64,000 nt of DNA from Candidatus Levyibacteriota bacterium (GTDB lineage: Bacteria > Patescibacteriota > Microgenomatia > Levybacterales > UBA12049), in the NCBI GenBank assembly GCA_027459725.1, contig DAIDHK010000002.1:105866-169865 (forward strand), given 5' to 3'. Of this stretch, positions 59,310-64,000 are shown piece after piece. A program made the position numbers and the translations under genes. How positions within the stretch are numbered: the first letter of the stretch is position 1; every line of letters begins with the position of its first letter. The notes beneath the pieces are model-generated. The model ran no database searches and was not told the origin of the DNA. It saw only the letters and a program-made list of their open reading frames with translations.

Positions 59310-60497
59310 ATGAAATATAGACTACTTTTTTACGAATTACAAAAGTACATCGAACATAAGAATGCACTTGTTATTACAGGTATGCGTCAGGTTGGAAAAA
59401 CAACTTTAATGAGGCAACTATTTGAAGATATTGGAGACAAACCTAAGCTATGGTTCGATTTTGAAAACCCACTTGATCAAATAATGTTTGAAGATATTGA
59501 ATATAACAATATATATAAGCGTCTTGAAGATAAAGTTTCTTCTAAGGGTAATCGCTTGTATGTTTTCATAGACGAAATTCAGAATCTACCAGAAATTACT
59601 AAAGTTATAAAATATCTTATTGACCATTATAATGTTAAATTTATAGTAACTGGATCCTCTAGCTACTATCTTAAAAATCTGTTTCCTGAATCCTTAAGTG
59701 GTAGAAAATTTCTATATGTATTACCACCTTTAACATTTAAAGAATATCTCTATTTTAAAGATATCATTAATTTGGAAGAAGCACATAGCAACAAAATACA
59801 TGATGTATTACATAAGACTGATATATTACTATTTAAAAAATATGAGGTTGCATATGAACAATATCTTGAATACGGTGGCTTCCCAGAAGTAGTACTCACA
59901 CAAGATAATCAGACAAAAAATTTGGTATTAAGAAATATATTTGCCTCCTTCTTCGAAAAAGATATAAAACTACTTTCTGACTATGCTGATATTCGTCAGC
60001 TTAGAGACTTGATATTATTGCTTGTTCCTCGTGTTGGATCAATGATTGATATTTCTAAAATTGCAGTAGAATTGAATGTTGATAGACCAAAAGTCTATAG
60101 TTTTTTAGAGTTTTTACAGGGTACTTTTATGATTAAACTCTTACCTAAATTTTCTCACAATATAGATAGATCTGTCGCTGGCGGGAAAAAAATATATTTT
60201 ACCGATACTGGATTATTACAAGCTATAGGCAAAGTTAATGAAGGACAACTATTGGAAAATGCCGTGATAAATCAGCTTTCTATATATGGTGAATTAAGCT
60301 TCTATAACAAAAGAAATACCGCAAAAATAGATATTATATTGAATAAAGAGATTGCATTTGAAGTTAAGCTTTCGGGAACAAGAAATGATTTAAAAAAATT
60401 GAAAGAATTAGCATTAGATCTAAAAATCGAAAAGTATTATGTATTATCAAAAAAGTTTACAGATGAAAAATGTATTATCCCACCTGTCAATATTTAA
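59310..60497 (+). CDS. AAA-family ATPase of the AAA_14/DUF4143 type
   Basis: Walker A GMRQVGKTT and Walker B LYVFIDEIQ. ~395 aa with the C-terminal region typical of this family. Confidence 0.7.
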   Translation: MKYRLLFYELQKYIEHKNALVITGMRQVGKTTLMRQLFEDIGDKPKLWFDFENPLDQIMFEDIEYNNIYKRLEDKVSSKGNRLYVFIDEIQNLPEITKVIKYLIDHYNVKFIVTGSSSYYLKNLFPESLSGRKFLYVLPPLTFKEYLYFKDIINLEEAHSNKIHDVLHKTDILLFKKYEVAYEQYLEYGGFPEVVLTQDNQTKNLVLRNIFASFFEKDIKLLSDYADIRQLRDLILLLVPRVGSMIDISKIAVELNVDRPKVYSFLEFLQGTFMIKLLPKFSHNIDRSVAGGKKIYFTDTGLLQAIGKVNEGQLLENAVINQLSIYGELSFYNKRNTAKIDIILNKEIAFEVKLSGTRNDLKKLKELALDLKIEKYYVLSKKFTDEKCIIPPVNI

Positions 60498-60609
60498 ACA
60501 TACTACAAAACTTCTAGCTCAAATTTATCCAGATCTTGGTGCAATTTAATCAGTCTGAAACTAAAAGTGTTCCTACTATGAACCAGCAGGCTCACATGTT
60601 CTTTTATCA

Positions 60610-60668
60610 TCAGGCACAAAATAAGTTTCGTGCCCATTTTATCCTTTCGCCCACTGTAATTCGAACAC
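60610..60668. repeat. Repeat copy 2 (partial, ~77% identity to the core of copy 1)
   Basis: gcacaaaataaGTTTCGTGcccATTTTATcCTttCgCCCACTgtAATTCGAACAC aligned to 59043..59096. Confidence 0.45.
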
Positions 60669-60725
60669 AGACTCAATATATTAATACTTGATATAATAAA
60701 CTTAGCAGTATAAGCTAAATTTAAG

Positions 60726-61040
60726 ATGTCAAATGATAGGAAAATACTTTTTCGAGTAGTTGGAGGATTATTCTTCCTCGTAGGATTATTAACTTTTGAT
60801 GGCTCAGCATTAGTTCCAGGATTTAAACCTTCAATGGAGCAAACGGTAATGGGAGTAGTTTTCTTAGCGCTTGGACTATATTTAATTTTCTTATCCAATA
60901 AAAAATTTGCAAATAAAGAGTGGTCTAAGCCCATGGTGAATGGAGCACGAACAAAGATCTATGTTATAGGTGGGATTTTATTACTTCTAGTTCTCGCATT
61001 TGTTGGTTTCTTTGTATTCATGCTCGCAACCAGCCATTAA
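60726..61040 (+). CDS. Small membrane protein (3 predicted TM)
   Basis: 104-aa ORF with three hydrophobic stretches. The antisense ORF 60503..60934 is considered spurious. Confidence 0.4.
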   Translation: MSNDRKILFRVVGGLFFLVGLLTFDGSALVPGFKPSMEQTVMGVVFLALGLYLIFLSNKKFANKEWSKPMVNGARTKIYVIGGILLLLVLAFVGFFVFMLATSH

Positions 61041-61232
61041 TATCCCCTATTTCTCTTCTTAATCCATTTTGTATAATTCTTCTCTAAAATCAAAGTCTAT
61101 TTCTTTCAGTTTTTTATATAGTCGATAAAATTCAGCTAAAACAGTGTTCCACCTATGAATAAGTTGGCTCACCGAAGGGAACATGACTATCCGAACATTG
61201 CATAATATCTTAATCTATCAATGTGGCAAATT

Positions 61233-61646
61233 TTAATAAAAAGGATTGATTGCAGAAACCTCAGAAAATAATTGTAAATCTTTCGTATTATCAGTTGCTA
61301 TTTTTACAATACTATTACTTATCGCTGTAGCCACTAAGTAAGCGTCAATAATTTGATTTGAAGTGATTTTATATTTTTTTATTAGCTCCAACGCAATACG
61401 ATGTGTTCTATAATCAGGAACAATAATATTAGAAGCGAGTAAAATGCTATCAATGGCGACTATTGCATCATTAATTCCCATTGGATTTGAAAATTTAGAA
61501 TGAGTTAGTACTCGTAGTGTTTCAAATATATTTTGATGGGCAATCTCTAATTGTCCTCTATTTTTTTGAAGAAATTCTTGTGCTTTCTCATGCTTTGGAG
61601 AGGATGAATTAATCGAATAGACTAATATATTTGAATCGATGAGCAT
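61233..61646 (-). CDS. vapC: PIN-domain toxin (VapC family)
   Basis: MLIDSNILVYS...D... acidic-residue pattern of the PIN fold. 137 aa, directly downstream of a small antitoxin-like gene. Confidence 0.7.
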   Translation of the reverse strand: MLIDSNILVYSINSSSPKHEKAQEFLQKNRGQLEIAHQNIFETLRVLTHSKFSNPMGINDAIVAIDSILLASNIIVPDYRTHRIALELIKKYKITSNQIIDAYLVATAISNSIVKIATDNTKDLQLFSEVSAINPFY

Positions 61647-61648
61647 GG

Positions 61649-61885
61649 TTATTTTGGTTCTGAATAATAATCAGCTCGTTTTAGATTATCCAATGGGACG
61701 CCTAAATCATGCGTCTTAAAAACTATCTTTTTTGCTTGCTTTTGAGCATCATGTTCCAAATATTGTGCTAAAGCATCATTAAAGATATCTTGTAGTGTTA
61801 TATGCATATTAAGAGCTTTTTGTTCAGCTATTCTTTTTAAGTTTTCATTTATTCGTAAGCTTGTCCGTACTAACATATCACTCAT
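61649..61885 (-). CDS. Type II antitoxin (VapB-like), paired with the PIN toxin
   Basis: 78-aa ORF ending 2 nt before the vapC start. Charged and partly helical; it matches the TA operon arrangement. Confidence 0.55.
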   Translation of the reverse strand: MSDMLVRTSLRINENLKRIAEQKALNMHITLQDIFNDALAQYLEHDAQKQAKKIVFKTHDLGVPLDNLKRADYYSEPK

Positions 61886-61981
61886 TATGCCATATATATG
61901 TCAATATGTCAATGATCATTATCATATACATTCAATAAATGATCTAGCCAAGCGAATGTCGATTCGAACTGTGATGCCTTC

Positions 61982-62059
61982 GGGTCACATCTATATCTAG
62001 CCTCAAATCATAAAACATCTTCGTGCGTAATTTACTATTCAGCCAGAAGGAATTCGAAC
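61982..62059. repeat. Repeat copy 3: degenerate copy of the tRNA-Glu 3' end plus downstream flank
   Basis: gggtcacatctatatctagcctcaa...ttcgtgcgtaatttac...aattcgaact. It is preceded at 61948..61981 by a T-arm-like tcgattcgaa fragment. Confidence 0.5.
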
Positions 62060-62416
62060 TCGAAGTATTGGAGGTAGTGAATAAATGTGCTCCTCTAGTA
62101 TATTCTCCTTTAGGATCTCCCGAATAGTTTATTGCATGTAAGCCTTGACCTATAAGATTACGTAAATTCTCTGGTGTTATTTAGGTTTTCCTTTTCTTGC
62201 AGCCTGCTCTGCAGCAGCTATATCATATATCTAATCAATACTCCCCATTATCGAAGCGACTTTGCTTAGATCATGCTCTGGCCCTAAATCAACCAAATCG
62301 GCTTTAACTTCTGTGTTCTATCTCATTATAAAATCCAATTTTACCACAAATATTATTGTAAAACTAAGTAAAAATTTTTATTGATCTTTTTAAGTATTAT
62401 AGGGTATAATACACAA

Positions 62417-62953
62417 ATGTTTGAAAGACTAAAAGAAGTAATAACGGGAAGAAACCGAAGACAAATAACACCACCACTTCAGGATCATACCTCAACCGTA
62501 GCTGGTGTAGACTCCTTATTTACAACTTCTGCTGAACAGGTAAGAAGACTTAACAATATTAATCTTGACCTTAAGACAGAGCCGCTTTATGATAATCTAT
62601 CTTTACTTATTCAATCCCCTGAAGAACCATGTAAATATTATATTAGAAGAGTTAGTCTTAATAACCATGAAACGGTAACCGAGGTGATTCCATACAACTT
62701 GGGATTAATCCAGAATGCAACAATTAAACGAAATCATCTTTTAACAACTTTAGCTGCCCTAATAAAATGTGAAACATCTGCGGCAAAACAAGATACTACA
62801 AAAAAAGAACTATTACCAGGAACGGTGGCAATTGTAAGTTATCAACCAGATATGCGTTCATTACCCACGATAGATGAAATTGCAATACTCGCTGGTAAAA
62901 GATATCTAGAAATAAAAACAGAATATGATCAGAAACGAATGTTAAATAACTAA
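62417..62953 (+). CDS. Hypothetical protein
   Basis: The ORF track starts at TTG 62381. The first ATG at 62417 (MFERLKEV...) is preferred, with a TATAAT at 62404..62409 7 nt upstream. No recognisable family. Confidence 0.45.
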   Translation: MFERLKEVITGRNRRQITPPLQDHTSTVAGVDSLFTTSAEQVRRLNNINLDLKTEPLYDNLSLLIQSPEEPCKYYIRRVSLNNHETVTEVIPYNLGLIQNATIKRNHLLTTLAALIKCETSAAKQDTTKKELLPGTVAIVSYQPDMRSLPTIDEIAILAGKRYLEIKTEYDQKRMLNN

Positions 62954-62959
62954 TCTTAA

Positions 62960-63560
62960 TAGGAGATTCTTTAATTAATCTTTTGATTATCAATCGTACC
63001 ACCCCATTCAACAGCAGTAAAACCATGTCTAATTGGAATTGTTGCTTTGACGTTTCGCAGGGAGATACCCGTTGGAACACTTTCAGGTTTGAAATAAAAC
63101 AATGTTGGATTTTTCTCCACCATAGCACCAGGGTTTCCATAATACATATAGATTGTGTGGGTGCTAGTGTTAGCAGGTATTGTATTTACTCCCACCCATA
63201 CTTTAGTGGTTGTAGTATTACAGGAATAACTTGTTGATGTGTCGATATAATATGGTAATTAATTATTGGTAACTTTAGATGTGAACCGCAGATTAGCACA
63301 ATTACTCTGCATCTTCCCCGCTGATATTAAACTACAGGTATAGATAGTATATTGTTGATCAATATTGTTAATACCTATACCGCTGGAGCTAATTCGCACT
63401 GTAATCGGTTGTCTATAGCCCCAATTGCTGTTATACTACGCGGCTTGTGCCGGCTTTATATTCAGCATTACAGTTATAAACCAAACCACAGCTAAGAGAA
63501 GTACTGAACCTGTTATTAAATAAAAATACCTTCCTCGCTTCTTGAATCTGAATATCCCCT
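62960..63560 (-). pseudogene. Decayed minus-strand gene remnant (multiple frames and stops), including the 74-aa ORF 62971..63195
   Basis: Reverse-strand translation gives ...TIYMYYGNPGAMVEKNPTLFYFKPESVPTGISLRNVKATIPIRHGF... flanked by out-of-frame and stop-interrupted fragments. Confidence 0.25.
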
Positions 63561-63660
63561 TCAATTTAGGCAAATTATAACAATATATAAATAAGAAGAG
63601 TTTGTGAAGTAAAATACCTTTTATTGAAAATCTTAAAATAAACTTAGTTGAGTTTGAAAT

Positions 63661-64000
63661 GTTAACATTTATCTGTTATACAAGAGATGATAAGCCTATG
63701 GTTAAAAAAAGTTTGTCAAAAAATACAGATTTTTCGGTTTTTGATAATTGTCCTGAAGGATTTTACGCCATCAACACTAAATGGCAGTATATATACATAA
63801 ATGAAAAAGGTGCTCAACTCGCACAAAAAACAATATCAGAGATGCTATATAAAACGCCTCAAAGTTTATTTTCAGACCCACGCTCCTTAGAATTTGGTCA
63901 AACATTAAAAAAAGTTATGAGAGATAGAAAACCCCGTAATATTGAAGCTTTCTATCCTAAATATAATAAGTGGTACGAAAATATAATTTTCCCAATTCCT
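63661..64000 (+). CDS. PAS-domain protein, partial (runs off the window end)
   Basis: MLTFICYTRDDKPMVKKSLSKNTDFSVFDNCPEGFYAINTKWQYIYINEKGAQLAQKTISEMLYKTPQSLFSDPRSLEFGQTLKKVMRDRKPRNIEAFYPKYNKWYENIIFPIP. A PAS-like pattern (F..D....I...N.A.....G......L.G) with no stop in the window. Confidence 0.5.

Noticed and set aside
60503-60934. 143-aa minus-strand ORF
   Set aside because: It overlaps the more plausible plus-strand small membrane ORF 60726..61040 and has a low-complexity, proline/threonine-rich translation typical of a spurious frame.
59015-62059. Additional tRNA genes on the minus strand suggested by recurring aTTCGAAc motifs
   Set aside because: Attempts to fold the sequences around 59071..59098, 60640..60668, 61948..61990 and 62040..62075 as T-arm plus acceptor stems failed, because the flanking stems are not complementary. 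They are interpreted as degenerate copies of the tRNA-Glu 3' flank.
58950-62070. Intact integrative element or prophage
   Set aside because: No integrase, excisionase or phage structural genes are present and the repeats are only 77-85% identical, so it is reported as a decayed islet and not an active mobile element.
1-64000. CRISPR arrays, rRNA genes
   Set aside because: No regularly spaced short direct repeats and no rRNA-like conserved stretches were seen anywhere in the window.
1-64000. Alternative genetic code (UGA or UAG recoding)
   Set aside because: Long uninterrupted ORFs with conserved motifs are obtained with the standard code, and no conserved domain is interrupted by an in-frame stop.

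Overview
AT-rich, densely coding window in which almost every gene in 1..58832 lies on the minus strand, apart from two short plus-strand interruptions. This ~58-kb block is essentially one cell-envelope glycosylation supercluster.

Gene content of the block:
- At least 17 large polytopic, GT-C-like membrane proteins. Five have the clear GT39/ArnT/PMT-type WDE..YN..S..G.DE.G signature, one resembles YfhO, and several unclassified paralog families are present. One of these proteins is a 1173-aa giant.
- Five polyprenyl-phosphate-sugar synthase-like GT2 enzymes (DPM1/GtrB/ArnC-like).
- Many GT2 and GT4 glycosyltransferases, three SAM methyltransferases, a hexapeptide acetyltransferase, galE, two Wzx-like flippases, and an edge-truncated Wzy/WaaL-like membrane protein.
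- No initiating phosphoglycosyltransferase is visible.

The cluster ends at a tRNA-Glu(CUC) gene at 58950..59022. Downstream lies a small islet bounded by three imperfect copies of a sequence that begins with the last 8 nt of the tRNA. The islet carries an AAA/DUF4143-type ATPase preceded by a perfect 26-bp palindrome, a small membrane protein, and a VapC(PIN)/antitoxin pair. Decayed gene remnants and a partial PAS-domain gene follow at the window end.

Operon heads repeatedly show sigma70-like -10 boxes, several with a TGn extension, 6-9 nt upstream of the start codon and without a Shine-Dalgarno sequence. This suggests leaderless transcription. Start codons TTG/GTG and ATGA/TAATG gene overlaps occur.

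The composition, the GT-C/DPM1 richness, and the leaderless sigma70-type promoters are compatible with an uncultivated small-genome bacterium, for example Patescibacteria-like. That placement is inference only. No CRISPR, rRNA or intact mobile element was seen.
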